Shown one piece after another: positions 10,195 through 20,500 of a stretch of DNA of 64,000 bases; the stretch's first letter is position 1, and every line of letters begins with the position of its first letter. Where the stretch lies: assembly GCA_963742735.1 (NCBI GenBank), contig CAVUMN010000004.1, positions 1,120,001 through 1,184,000 on the forward strand. The letters run 5' to 3'. A program made the position numbers and the translations under genes. The DNA is from an uncultured Actinomycetes bacterium (lineage in GTDB: Bacteria; Actinomycetota; UBA4738; JBBDTT01). The notes under the pieces are model-generated. The model searched no databases and had not been told where the DNA came from. It worked only from the letters and a program-made list of their open reading frames with translations.

Positions 10195-10734
10195 ATGGAC
10201 TACGCCAAGGCCGTCACCAGAGGCCGCTTCCTCCTGAAGCGATCCACCGAAGACCAGTGGGAACTCGCCGAGCTCACGCACTCGGTCATCGAAGAGAAGG
10301 GGAGGGGTTCCGCCGTCCAGTGGGCCGCGGATCTCGGCTGCACGAAGTCCCACGTCTCCAGGCTGAACGCCGTGTGGGAGCGATACGGCAAAGTTGAGCA
10401 TGCTCAACTTTCGTTCGACGAGTACTACCTCCTGGCCACCGTCCCGAAGGACGAGGCCCAAGAGCTCGCGGGCGAGGCTCACCGAACCGGCAGGAGCGTG
10501 CGAACCGTGCAGCGCAATCGCCGCGAGCAGCGGAAGGCCGCCAGGGAGGCGCTCCTCGACCGGAAGCAGCGCAAGGAACTACTTGCGGACGCAAATATCC
10601 GCAAGATTCTGGAGCGTGAGTTCCGCGACGCCCACCGGCCTGAGAAGGCGTTCGCATGGCGGCTGGCGCCTGCGCCGCATCGCTCGTTTGTGTTCCGATC
10701 GCGGTCGCCATCGTTGCTGCGTTCCTCGTCCTAG
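10195..10734 (+). CDS. Hypothetical HTH-like protein, possibly mobile-element derived and C-terminally truncated
   Basis: AGGAGG RBS; QWELAEL...QWAADLGCTKSHVSRL; tail degenerates where it overlaps the next ORF. Confidence 0.55.
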   Translation: MDYAKAVTRGRFLLKRSTEDQWELAELTHSVIEEKGRGSAVQWAADLGCTKSHVSRLNAVWERYGKVEHAQLSFDEYYLLATVPKDEAQELAGEAHRTGRSVRTVQRNRREQRKAAREALLDRKQRKELLADANIRKILEREFRDAHRPEKAFAWRLAPAPHRSFVFRSRSPSLLRSSS

Positions 10735-11300
10735 CGTTCATTCTTGAATGTGCGGGCACACCCTGCTGGGTGCGGGCGATCCAAATGGTGGCCGATGTCT
10801 TGGACCTGGGCAGTGGGAGTCCCCTCGGCGACATCTTTTGGCCGAGAGACGGGCTGAGAGATGCCCCGGATACGTACCCCGAAACGCCCGGGGTCGAGGA
10901 CCCGAGCCCGACTCCGCCTCCCGTGCCAGGTTCCGATTCCCGTTGCGGCCCACAGGCTCCGGGGTTCGAGGTGCCTGATAGTGCAATAGTCGTTCGAGGT
11001 GGAACCGCTCCGCTACCTCCACCCTGCACAGCGTTCTCCGGTTCCTTCGGCATGACTCTCTCTGAGGCGGCGCGCGGCGTTCCGCATGGCCAGATCCGTT
11101 GGGCGACAGCAGGAGCGATACGGGCGGGAGGCGGGAGCGTGATCTACGATCCGGAGTACGACCCTGTGCCCAACGCGACCAACTACCAGCACGTGACGGT
11201 GATGCTCGGTGAGGGGGGCTCTCCATTCAGCAGCCTTCAGCCGAATCCTTGGCCGAAGGATCAGCGGTGGCGGGGTGCCAACTACCCGTATGCGGGGTGA
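10656..11300 (+). CDS. Putative orphan polymorphic-toxin C-terminal fragment
   Basis: Hydrophobic segment, Pro-rich linker, then VVRGG...PHGQIR..T.GAIRAGGG.V...N..H domain; followed by small tightly coupled ORFs. Confidence 0.5.
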   Translation: MAAGACAASLVCVPIAVAIVAAFLVLAFILECAGTPCWVRAIQMVADVLDLGSGSPLGDIFWPRDGLRDAPDTYPETPGVEDPSPTPPPVPGSDSRCGPQAPGFEVPDSAIVVRGGTAPLPPPCTAFSGSFGMTLSEAARGVPHGQIRWATAGAIRAGGGSVIYDPEYDPVPNATNYQHVTVMLGEGGSPFSSLQPNPWPKDQRWRGANYPYAG

Positions 11301-11304
11301 AGCA

Positions 11305-11802
11305 ATGAGTTCCTCTTCATTGGCCCAGCTGTTGAACGAGATTCGAGGTCGGCTGGTCGCGGCCAGCCCGGGGCCCTGGGTGGTCGAGCGTGATAGAGGT
11401 GGCGCCTTCATTCGGACTGCGCGGTCCGGCGGTGAAAGCAGACTCTTCTTGAAGCGTGATACCGAACCAGCCGATGACGCCGATGTCGAGTTTGTTACCG
11501 CCGCTCGAAATGCTCTCCCGAGACTCGTGGATGCGCTCCGGGCGGGCAGATCCAGTGCCATCCGGGACCCAGACCTTCAGAGCCTTCGTCAGTTGGAGAC
11601 GGCGGCGACCCCGGGGCCCTGGGTGGCACACCTTGAAGACTCAGGCCCGATTGGTGGCTGCAGCATCATCTGGGTTAATGGTACGAAGGATGTGCCTGAC
11701 CTCTACGTGTGGTTGGGCAACCAGATCGCGCCGAACGCAGACATTGAGTTCATCGCGCAGTCGCGCCAAGACGTCCCGCGTCTCCTGAGCGAATTCGGGT
11801 GA
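11305..11802 (+). CDS. Tandem Ead/Ea22-like domain protein, candidate immunity protein
   Basis: Two repeats: ASPGPW...DADVEFVTAARNALPRL and ATPGPW...NADIEFIAQSRQDVPRL. Confidence 0.6.
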   Translation: MSSSSLAQLLNEIRGRLVAASPGPWVVERDRGGAFIRTARSGGESRLFLKRDTEPADDADVEFVTAARNALPRLVDALRAGRSSAIRDPDLQSLRQLETAATPGPWVAHLEDSGPIGGCSIIWVNGTKDVPDLYVWLGNQIAPNADIEFIAQSRQDVPRLLSEFG

Positions 11803-11845
11803 GGATGTGCCGCTCCGGCCGCACTACTAAGGGGAGTCTTCCTCT

Positions 11846-12166
11846 ATGGCGAGTGAGTTCCACTACGGACGGTTCATTCCAATCCTCGAGGGGCTGCGAA
11901 CTCTGTTCCTGAAGCATGGCTACGTCGGACAGGTGGACATATTGGCCAAGCTCATCACGCTCGCTCATTTAGAGTCCCCAGATTTCGCCGACAGGATTCA
12001 GTTTGGGGGGGTATGGAGCAGTGCCGGGTCCGTAGCGGATGCTGTCGGCCTATACGATTCCAAAGCGAGAGACGAGGCTCAGCGGGATACAGCTGAGGCC
12101 ATGCGGCTGCTGCTCCGCTTAGCGGACGAGATTCCGAGACGGCTGAGACCGATCCGGATAGGCTGA
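11846..12166 (+). CDS. Hypothetical helical protein, candidate immunity protein
   Basis: GGGGAG RBS; 106 aa; lies in the island array. Confidence 0.55.
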   Translation: MASEFHYGRFIPILEGLRTLFLKHGYVGQVDILAKLITLAHLESPDFADRIQFGGVWSSAGSVADAVGLYDSKARDEAQRDTAEAMRLLLRLADEIPRRLRPIRIG

Positions 12167-12168
12167 CA

Positions 12169-12660
12169 ATGGCCGAAAACATGGGACAAGACCTCCTCGC
12201 GGCTGCCCGGACGGGTGATCTGGATCTAGTCGACGCGCTACTTCGCCAAGGAGCGACCACAGACTCAATTGATCAGCACGGCCACACGCCCCTCGCTCTC
12301 GCTGTGATTCAAGGGCACACGGGAGTCGTGTCGCGGTTGCTCGAAGCCGGTGCTGATGCCAATGCGGGCGACGACGCGGGAATTACCCTCTTGATGACGG
12401 CCGCCGAGTTCCCACGACCCGAGATCGTCCGAATGCTTGTTGGCGCAGGCGCAGATGTGAATGCGGTTGCCAGCGACGGGAGAACAGCTCTGCTGAACGC
12501 TATCTGGTCGGCTGATGCGACTACTCAAGTTGTCGAAGCGCTCATCCAGGCCGGCGCCGACGTGAACGTTACCGATGGGACTTACGGGCTCACGCCGCGC
12601 GAGTGGGCAGCCAAGACTGACAAACGAGAGGTCTCGCAGCTGCTCGCGGATGCTGAGTGA
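12169..12660 (+). CDS. Ankyrin repeat protein
   Basis: GHTPLALAV...LLEAGADAN, GITLLMTAA...LVGAGADVN, GRTALLNA...LIQAGADVN. Confidence 0.9.
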   Translation: MAENMGQDLLAAARTGDLDLVDALLRQGATTDSIDQHGHTPLALAVIQGHTGVVSRLLEAGADANAGDDAGITLLMTAAEFPRPEIVRMLVGAGADVNAVASDGRTALLNAIWSADATTQVVEALIQAGADVNVTDGTYGLTPREWAAKTDKREVSQLLADAE

Positions 12661-12750
12661 CCGAACCTACACTGGGTCCATGTACGTGTCCCCAGCAACA
12701 GTGTGGTGTCGATCGCCGGTGCAGGCGTGGGCGGGTGGGCCGTACTTCTG

Positions 12751-12966
12751 ATGGACCTCACGTTCCCATCTGCGGATCCCAGGCTCGCGAAGCTGCAGGC
12801 GGCCGCGGAAGTACTGAACCGGTTCTACTGGAACCTGTCGGTCGAGCATGCCGAGGGCGAGGTTCGCCCCCGTGGTGGCGAAATGCTGATCGCCCGGTTC
12901 ACCTCGCCCGAAGAGCTGGAGATCTTCACGGCGGGGATGGCACGCGCTTTCGGTGTTGCCTGGTGA
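12751..12966 (+). CDS. Hypothetical 71-aa protein, candidate immunity protein
   Basis: ATG within a TGATG overlap with a short upstream remnant frame; plausible codon usage. Confidence 0.45.
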   Translation: MDLTFPSADPRLAKLQAAAEVLNRFYWNLSVEHAEGEVRPRGGEMLIARFTSPEELEIFTAGMARAFGVAW

Positions 12967-12984
12967 AGTAGCGGCTCTGATCGA

Positions 12985-13609
12985 TCAGCTGGTTGGCGAG
13001 TAGACAATGACGGAGAGGTCATCCGCAACGACCTCGTCGAGGATGGCTCGCACGTCGCGCCAGTGCATGCCCCCGAGCCGGGTTCCCTGCAGCGGGTCGA
13101 TCCGTACGACGTGGGGGGCCCGTTCCCAGTCGACGGCGGTGGTAGTCGGTTCGAGGTCGATGACGAAGTGCCTCCGTGGACGCTCAGAAGTCGAGCCAGA
13201 GCTGCTGCAGGTGGGCCCGGTTGACGACGCCCGCCGTGTTCACGTATCCACCCTGCCCCCAGGGCCCCGGTGAGAGCAGCCAGACCATCGCGATGAAGGT
13301 CATGAACTCTCCGGGGCCGGCCGGGGTGAGCGCGGTTCCCTGCTGCTCGGCGCCGAACACGAATGGGGGCAGCGCGCAGGGCATCTGATACAGGGGCGTG
13401 GGTTCGGTCTCCGAGGGGCCGCCCTCGTAGAAGCACGGAGCCCCGCCGTTGGTCGCCTTCGATGGGAGCTCCTTCCAGATGACCGTAGCCACCAGGCCGC
13501 CCGAGCTCGGGACACGGTGGGTGCTCCCCCCCGAGAATGGCCGGCCAGTCAGGGGTGCGAAGGATGAGCGGAGGCTGACTTGGCGGTGCCTGTCGATGGA
13601 TGCTACCAC
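12985..13609 (-). pseudogene. Possible degraded or frameshifted hypothetical gene
   Basis: ORF 13184..13609 followed by a protein-like frame (RHFVIDLEP...VRAILDEVVADDLSVIVYSPTS*) offset by one base. Confidence 0.25.
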
Positions 13610-13645
13610 AATGAATTACACACGTGGAACTCGCTGGTTTCCTTT

Positions 13646-13672
13646 GGAATGCGAGTCGAGCAGATCGCGTTG
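13646..13672 (+). promoter_or_regulatory. SigR/SigH-type ECF promoter of lon
   Basis: GGAAT-N18-GTTG ending 31 nt before the lon start. Confidence 0.7.
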
Positions 13673-13703
13673 TACTCGCTACGAAACTCAACAGGAGATT
13701 GAT

Positions 13704-16064
13704 GTGGCTGAACTAAAGACATCGACGCTTCCGCTGCTGCCTCTCACCACGGGAGTCGTTCTGCCCGGCATGGTGGTTACCCTCACGCTCGAGTCCCCCG
13801 AGGCTCGCGCCGCCATCCAGGCTGCCCGCGACGGGGACGGGCACATCTTGCTGGTCCCTCGCCACGAGGACGGGCGGTACGCGGCGGTCGGGACCGTGGC
13901 CCTCATCGAGTCCGAGGGGAACCTTCCCTCCGGCATGGAGGCGCTCGTCATTCGTGGCCTGCACCGCGCGGTCGTCGGGACCGGCGTGGCCGGCACAGGC
14001 GAGGCGACCTGGGTTCAGGTCACCCCCCACCCCGACCCCGAGGACCCGACGGACGAAGCCAGAAGCCTCGCGCGCGAGTACCGCGCGACCGTCGAGAACA
14101 TCGTCGAGGCTCGCGGGGTTCCGCAGATCGCCCAGTTCCTCCGCGCCATCGAGGACCCCGGCGCCATGGCCGACACCGCCGGCTACTCGCCCGACCTCAC
14201 GTTCGACCGCAAGATCGAGCTCCTGGAGACGCTCGACGTCGAGGCGCGCATCCGCAAGGCCCTCGAGTGGGCGAAGGAGTCCCTCGCCGACCTCACCCTC
14301 AAGGACAAGATCCGCGAGGACGTCGCCGAGGGCCTGAACAAGACCCAGCGCGAGTTCCTCCTGCGCCAGCAGCTCGCCGCGATCCGCAAGGAGCTCGGCG
14401 ACGGCGAGGACTCGGGCGACGTCATCGAGGAGTACCGCGCGAAGATCGAGGCCGCGAACATGCCCGAGGGCCCGCGCGCCGAGGCCGAGCGCGAGCTCGG
14501 CCGCCTGGAGCGCATGTCCGAGCAGTCGCCCGAGTACGGCTGGGTCCGCACCTACCTCGACTGGATGACCGAGCTGCCCTGGGACGTCCGCTCCGAGGAC
14601 GTCCTCGACATCCCCGAGGCCCGCCGCGTCCTGGACGAGGACCACACCGGCCTCGAGGACGTGAAGGACCGCATCGTCGAGTACCTGGCCGTCCGCAAGC
14701 TCCGCTCCGACCGCGGCCTCGGCTTGGCCCACGGCCGCGGCTCCGGGGCGATCCTGACGTTGATCGGGCCGCCGGGGGTCGGCAAGACCTCCCTCGGCGA
14801 GTCCGTCGCGCGCGCCCTCGGGCGCAAGTTCGTCCGCGTCTCCCTCGGCGGCATCCACGACGAGGCCGAGATCCGCGGGCACCGCCGCACCTACGTCGGC
14901 GCGCTCCCCGGCCGCATCGTGCGCGCCCTCAAGGAGGCCGGCACCAAGAACCCCGTCTTCATGCTCGACGAGATCGACAAGGTGGGTTCCGACTGGCGCG
15001 GCGACCCGTCGAGCGCACTGCTCGAGGTCCTGGACCCCGCGCAGAACCACTCGTTCCGCGACCACTACCTCGAGGTCGACCTGGACCTGTCCGAGGTCCT
15101 GTTCATCGCGACCGGCAACGTCGCCGAGACGATCCCCGGTCCGCTCATCGACCGGATGGAGGTCATCCGCCTCGACGGCTACACGGAGGACGAGAAGGTT
15201 GCGATCTCGCGGGATCATCTGTTGGCGCGTCAGCTCGAGCGCAACGGCCTGACCGCCGATGAGGTCGACCTGTCGGATCTGACGCTCCGTCAGATCGTGG
15301 TCGACCACACCCGCGAGGCCGGCGTCCGGAACCTGGAGCGCGAGATCGGCAAGGTCCTGCGTAAGGCCGCGACCAAGATCGCGGGCGGCGACGTGAAGCC
15401 GCCGGTGGTCGTCGAGCCCGGCGACCTCCGCGAGTACCTGGGGCGCCCGAAGTTCTTCTTCGAGGCCGCCGAGCGCACGGCCGTCCCCGGCGTGGCCACC
15501 GGCCTCGCCGTGACCGGCACGGGCGGCGACGTCCTGTTCATCGAGGCGAACGTCGCGGACGGCGAGCCGGGGCTTACGTTGACCGGTCAGCTCGGCGACG
15601 TCATGAAGGAGTCCGCCCAGATCGCGCTGTCATACGTGCGCAGCCACGCCGAGCAGCTGGGTATCGACCCGGCGGTGCTCCAGCGCCGCTTCCACGTTCA
15701 CGTCCCGGCCGGCGCCGTGCCCAAGGACGGACCGAGTGCGGGCACCGCGATGACGACCGCCCTGGCCAGCCTGCTCACGCAGCGGCCGGTGCGCTCGGTG
15801 GTCGCGATGACGGGCGAGGTCACCCTGCAGGGCCGGGTCCTGCCGATCGGCGGGGTCAAGCAGAAGGTCCTGGCCGCGCACCGCTCCGGGATCAAGGAGG
15901 TCATCCTCCCGATGCGCAACGAGGGCGACCTGGACGACGTCCCCGAGCAGATCCGCGAGGAGATGACCTTCCACCTGGCCAGCTCGATCGACGAGGTGCT
16001 GGCCTGGGCACTGGAGCCCGCGGACTCGGACTCCGCCTCCAAGCCCGCCTCGGACGCCGCGTAG
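13704..16064 (+). CDS. lon: ATP-dependent Lon protease
   Basis: AGGAG RBS + GTG 13704; [43 protein letters not shown]. Confidence 0.97.
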   Translation: MAELKTSTLPLLPLTTGVVLPGMVVTLTLESPEARAAIQAARDGDGHILLVPRHEDGRYAAVGTVALIESEGNLPSGMEALVIRGLHRAVVGTGVAGTGEATWVQVTPHPDPEDPTDEARSLAREYRATVENIVEARGVPQIAQFLRAIEDPGAMADTAGYSPDLTFDRKIELLETLDVEARIRKALEWAKESLADLTLKDKIREDVAEGLNKTQREFLLRQQLAAIRKELGDGEDSGDVIEEYRAKIEAANMPEGPRAEAERELGRLERMSEQSPEYGWVRTYLDWMTELPWDVRSEDVLDIPEARRVLDEDHTGLEDVKDRIVEYLAVRKLRSDRGLGLAHGRGSGAILTLIGPPGVGKTSLGESVARALGRKFVRVSLGGIHDEAEIRGHRRTYVGALPGRIVRALKEAGTKNPVFMLDEIDKVGSDWRGDPSSALLEVLDPAQNHSFRDHYLEVDLDLSEVLFIATGNVAETIPGPLIDRMEVIRLDGYTEDEKVAISRDHLLARQLERNGLTADEVDLSDLTLRQIVVDHTREAGVRNLEREIGKVLRKAATKIAGGDVKPPVVVEPGDLREYLGRPKFFFEAAERTAVPGVATGLAVTGTGGDVLFIEANVADGEPGLTLTGQLGDVMKESAQIALSYVRSHAEQLGIDPAVLQRRFHVHVPAGAVPKDGPSAGTAMTTALASLLTQRPVRSVVAMTGEVTLQGRVLPIGGVKQKVLAAHRSGIKEVILPMRNEGDLDDVPEQIREEMTFHLASSIDEVLAWALEPADSDSASKPASDAA

Positions 16065-16110
16065 CCACACCGAGCCGTTCCGGCCGCCGGTTGAACCTCA
16101 GGACGGCTCC

Positions 16111-16235
16111 CAAGCTCCGCGGCTGATATCGCACTCGTGCTATTTCCGGGCCTCGGCGTCTCAGAAGGCCGTACAGATGCGACCGGAGGCCTTGTAGGCC
16201 CCCGAATCGCCGATATAGCACTGGTGCGATATCGC
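16111..16235. repeat. Paired-palindrome element copy 1
   Basis: ATATCGC-actcgt-GCTATTT (16126-16145) and ATATAGC-actggt-GCGATAT (16213-16232) form inverted arms. Confidence 0.75.
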
Positions 16236-16258
16236 ACGAAGCGACCCGACCACCCCGC

Positions 16259-16702
16259 TCAAATCTGGGCCTGCAGCTTCTCGGCGAGCTCGAACTCCGT
16301 CTCCGTCCGTTCGATCGCCCACTCGCCGGCAGTGATCTCTCCCCGATTCAGCCGCTCGCCGGCGAGTCGGATCCGCTCCGCGGCATCGGCCCTGGGATCC
16401 ACCACCTCGTCCTCAGCCGCCGCCGTCCCTTGAGCAGCAGAGACCCATCGGATCCCTCGCTGCCGCGCCATCGGCCCGATGTCCATCGCCAGCATTCGCC
16501 CGGCCGCCCACGCGTACCGCTCCAGGAAACCGACCGAGGGCATCACCTGCCCCGTTTCCGCTCGCGAGATCGCCGACTGCGTCGTCCCCATCGCGGCTGC
16601 GACCTCCGCCTGGGTCATCTTCGCCAGGCGGCGCAGGCGGGCGAGCGCTCGTCCCACCTCGAGCGGTTCGAGTCCCAGCCGCCCGCGCTCGCCGCCCATC
16701 AT
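16259..16702 (-). CDS. XRE-family HTH protein (HigA-like, orphan)
   Basis: LARLRRLAKMTQAEVAAAMGTTQSAISRAETG..PSVGFLERYA. Confidence 0.85.
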   Translation of the reverse strand: MMGGERGRLGLEPLEVGRALARLRRLAKMTQAEVAAAMGTTQSAISRAETGQVMPSVGFLERYAWAAGRMLAMDIGPMARQRGIRWVSAAQGTAAAEDEVVDPRADAAERIRLAGERLNRGEITAGEWAIERTETEFELAEKLQAQI

Positions 16703-16786
16703 GGGCCCGAACGTTAGCGCGCCCCACCGACACTCCAGGCGGCGGAATACCGCCGAGGATGTGGAGGTTCCATGAAGGGGGTAGAC

Positions 16787-17053
16787 ATGACGCGTCCCCA
16801 TCTGTCAGGCTGGGCGGCCGTCCTGGCCGCCGAAGCGAGAGGTGAAAAACAGAACATGCGAGTTGAACCACTGAGCCGCGTGGCCGCCGAGGCCGAGCTT
16901 TGCCGCCGTCACCGCATGGAGTTCGAACGACTCCTCAAGCGGATGGGGCGGGTCGAGGCATGCCAGACGCTCGTCTCGAGGCACGCCAAGGAGTACGGCG
17001 CGCTCGTCACCGCCGCCCGGGAGCGCCTCCGCGCACGTACCGCGGTCGCCTAG
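16787..17053 (+). CDS. Hypothetical protein divergent from the XRE gene
   Basis: AAGGGGG RBS-like sequence; 88-aa helical ORF. Confidence 0.5.
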   Translation: MTRPHLSGWAAVLAAEARGEKQNMRVEPLSRVAAEAELCRRHRMEFERLLKRMGRVEACQTLVSRHAKEYGALVTAARERLRARTAVA

Positions 17054-17070
17054 CTACGACCACGGACACC

Positions 17071-17454
17071 CTGACGCCCCAGCAGGCGAAGCTGTTCCTG
17101 GAGCCAAACCTGGCGAGCTTCGTCACGCTCATGCCCGACGGCTCGCCCCAGGTATCGCCGGTGTGGATCGATTACCGCGACGGCCTGATCTGGGTGAACA
17201 CCGCCGAGGGCCGCCAGAAGCACCGCAACGTCCTCCGCGACCCGCGCGTGGCCGTCGAGGTCATCGACCGCAACGACCCCTACAACTGGATCGCCGTCCG
17301 CGGGACGGTCGTCGAGATCACCAAAGAGGAAGCCGAGGGCCACATCGACTTCCTCAGCAAGAAGTACACCGGCCGCGAGATCTACGCCGACCACAACCCC
17401 AACAAGCCCAGGGTCCTGATCAAGATCCGCCCGGAGCGCGTCGCCGGCTGGTAG
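17071..17454 (+). CDS. PPOX-class F420-dependent oxidoreductase (no canonical start; CTG 17071 assumed)
   Basis: FVTLMPDGSPQVSPVW, KHRNVLRDPRVAV, AVRGTV, LSKKYTG, RVLIKIRPE. Confidence 0.85.
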   Translation: MTPQQAKLFLEPNLASFVTLMPDGSPQVSPVWIDYRDGLIWVNTAEGRQKHRNVLRDPRVAVEVIDRNDPYNWIAVRGTVVEITKEEAEGHIDFLSKKYTGREIYADHNPNKPRVLIKIRPERVAGW

Positions 17455-17506
17455 TCGTGCCCTTGCCCCCCCACGAGGCCCTTGGCTAGGGTGGTCCCCT
17501 GGGGAG

Positions 17507-20500
17507 GTGCCCGTGGAGTACTTGGTCTTCCTCGCGGCGGCGGCGTATGCGTTCGGCCTCTGGTGGATCGGGCGGCGCATCGGATGGGCTCGCCGGAAGG
17601 TCTGGATCGGCATCGCCGTCCTGCTCCTGGTTATGGGCCTCACCCTGCTCGGTCAGCTCAACGGCCTCCTGGCCGACATGCATCCCGAGACGAAGGCTGG
17701 GCAAAACCTCTCCGCGTTGACGGGCTTCAAGCCCGACGTGGCCCGGCGTGCCATCGCGGACTGGAACGAATGGCACACGCCGGTTGCGAACCTCTTCGCT
17801 TCGCCCGCGACCGTCGTCCGTTGGTACTCGGTCATCGACACCTTCCTGTTCGTGGTCGCGTACCTGCTTGGCGGAGCGGCCCTGCTCGCGCTGGGCCAGC
17901 GCGCGGTGGCCGCGCCGGGGGAGCGTCCTCCCTTCCGCCATAGCCCCGTGATGCTGAGCCGGTGGGGCGTCTGGGCACTCCGGGCCCTCCTGGTCGCCGG
18001 CTTCGCCGACGTCTGCGAGAACATCATGCTCGTCCGGGTGGTCGCGACTCAGAACCCCGCCGGCTCGATGCTCACGCTGCTCTCGGTCTTCTGGGTGGTG
18101 AAGTGGGGATTCATCGTCGTCGCACTGTTTCTGGCCGAGCCGATGCTGATTGGAGGACTTCGGCTCGTCCTGGGCCGAAGCCAGCTGTTCCGCACGACCG
18201 TAAACCGGGTGCGGGCCCAGATCGTCGTGTTGATCGTGTACGCGCTGATCCTCAACGTATCGGACCAGGTTCCAGACCTGATCCGGCTCTGGAACACCTG
18301 GCGGGCGCTGTGGACCATCGCCGGCTGTCTCCTGTTGGCACTGGTGAGCTGGGACTGGACACGGAGGATCCTCTCGGCTCGCCAGGACCTCGACACGATC
18401 AAGGACCGGCGAAACGCGATGTGGATGATCGGCCTGGTCGTGACGGCTTTCGGTAGCGGCATGTGGAAGGTCGGCCCCCGTGGCTTGGTAATCCCGGGCG
18501 TCTTCATACTGTTCCTGGCGGCGTTCCACTCCGTAGGGAAGGGCATGCTCGATCCGGGTCCGCCACCCCCCGCCCGATACGGGACTTCGGCGCTGCCTCG
18601 CGTGCTCGCGGCCGCCTTTCCGATCGTGCTCTCGCTCGCCGCGGTCAAGGCCTACTTCGCGCACACGATCTACGACTTGAACGACGGCGGGTCGGGGTGG
18701 GCCATCGGGACCCTCGTCGGGTGGGGTCTAGGCGGCCCGCTCCTGGCAGCCGGGTTGTACCTGGGGCTGGGGCGACTCAACACGAACCCTTCGAACCCTC
18801 GCCGACTCGAAGGGCGGGCCCGGAGAGGCATCCCCAGCCTGATCGTGATCGGGGGCCTCCTCGGCGTCCTCGTCTGGGTGCGGGTGATCCAGAACCCTTG
18901 GGACGTCTCGCAGCAGCTGGGCGCGCTCACCGTGATCACGCTGTTCTTGATCCTGCTGGCGATCGCCCTGGGTCGGGTGGTCTACGTTTCCGAGCGCGTT
19001 CGCCCGCCGATGGCGTTTCGGCTGCTGAATCTCAAGAAGATCCCCGTTGTGACGATGCTTGCAGCCTGGTTCCTCATCGCCGGCAGCCTCTCGTGGGTGG
19101 ATCACGAAGAGTTCCACGACGCCCGGACCATCGACCTCAGTCTTGGCTCGCTGCCTCCGAAGCTCGGGGACGTGTGGGCGCGGTGGCGGTCCCAGAATCG
19201 GCTCGCGTTGGTGGCCCCGCCTGGCAACGACGGCACCAAGACCGCCATCCCGCTGGTGTTCGTGGCCTCCGGTGGCGGCGGCATCAAGGCTGCGGTGTGG
19301 ACGTCCTACACGCTCGACTGTTTGCTGTCCGAGCAGCCGATCAATCCCGAGCGATGCCCTCGTGACTCCGGCGAGGCGGGCCGAGGCCGCTCGATGATCG
19401 CGGGCAGCGCGATCTCCGGAGGCAGCCTCGGGCTCGTCGCGTACACCACCCAACGGTCGACCCGGACCTTCACGGGCGACTGGGTGCAGCGGGCGCTTGG
19501 ACACGACTTCGTATCCCCGTCTCTCGCCTGGCAGACGCTCGTGGAGTTCCCTCGCGCGTTCCTGGAGTTTCCGGGGCACATGGATCGTGCGGAGGTCATC
19601 GAGCGCGCGTGGGAGGCCCCCTGGTTCGGGTATGAGACCTCGGCGACCAAGGCCTGGTTCGGGAAGCATCCGGAGTCGCAGGGTCCGCTGGCTCGGGGCA
19701 TGCTCGATCGCTGGTACAAGGATCCGGCCATGCCACTACTCCTGCTCAACGGCGCCAGCGTGCAGAACGGATGCCGATTCCTGGTCTCGCCGCTCGACGG
19801 CAACGACCGCTTCAACGGAGGGAACTGCCTCGGGATTCGTCAGATCCCGGGGGTGGCCCCCGACGGCGAGACGCAGGGCCGCGACGGCGTCCAGCTCGAC
19901 AGCGTCTTTCCCGCCACCCGCAGCGTGATCGACTTCCTGTGCATGAACACGGGCTCCCCGGACGACCTGCGCCTGTCCACAGCGGCGGGCGTCTCGGCGC
20001 GGTTCCCGGCCGTGTCTCCGTCGGCGCGGTTTCGGTCGTGCCCCGGGTCGGTCGACCGCGCGGTCAATGTCGTGGATGGCGGGGTCCTGGAGGGCACCGG
20101 CGCGTCCACGGTCACCGAGCTATACCTCGCGCTCCGGTCCCGAATCGAGGCGTGGAACGCACAGCCCAACGGGAGCTGCATCGTCCCGTACTTGATCCAG
20201 ATCGAGAGCGGCTACGGCTCGCAGGTCGACGTGCCGACTCTCGACATCGCCGAGATCCCCGCGCCGCTGAAGGCGTCCCGCGGGGGCGCGGACGCGCGCG
20301 GTGCCAGCGCCCGCAACCTGGCGGCGACGTTGTTCAACGAGACCTTCCCGGGAACGACGGTCCAGGATCGGTACGCACTGCTTTACCCCCGAGCCCATCC
20401 GGACATCCAAGCGCCCCTGGGCTGGTCGCTCTCCCCGCAGTCCATCGTGGAGCTCCGGAGGCAACTGGTCGCGAATCAAAAGGAGATCAACGAGGTCGCC

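Noticed and set aside
13184-13186. TGA of ORF 13184..13609 as a second Sec codon
   Set aside because: No redox-motif context, and the protein-like continuation is in a different frame
13669-13692. Possible HspR HAIR operator before lon (ACTCAAC half-site)
   Set aside because: The left half does not match CTTGAGT at the N7 spacing; only the SigR/SigH-type promoter is supported
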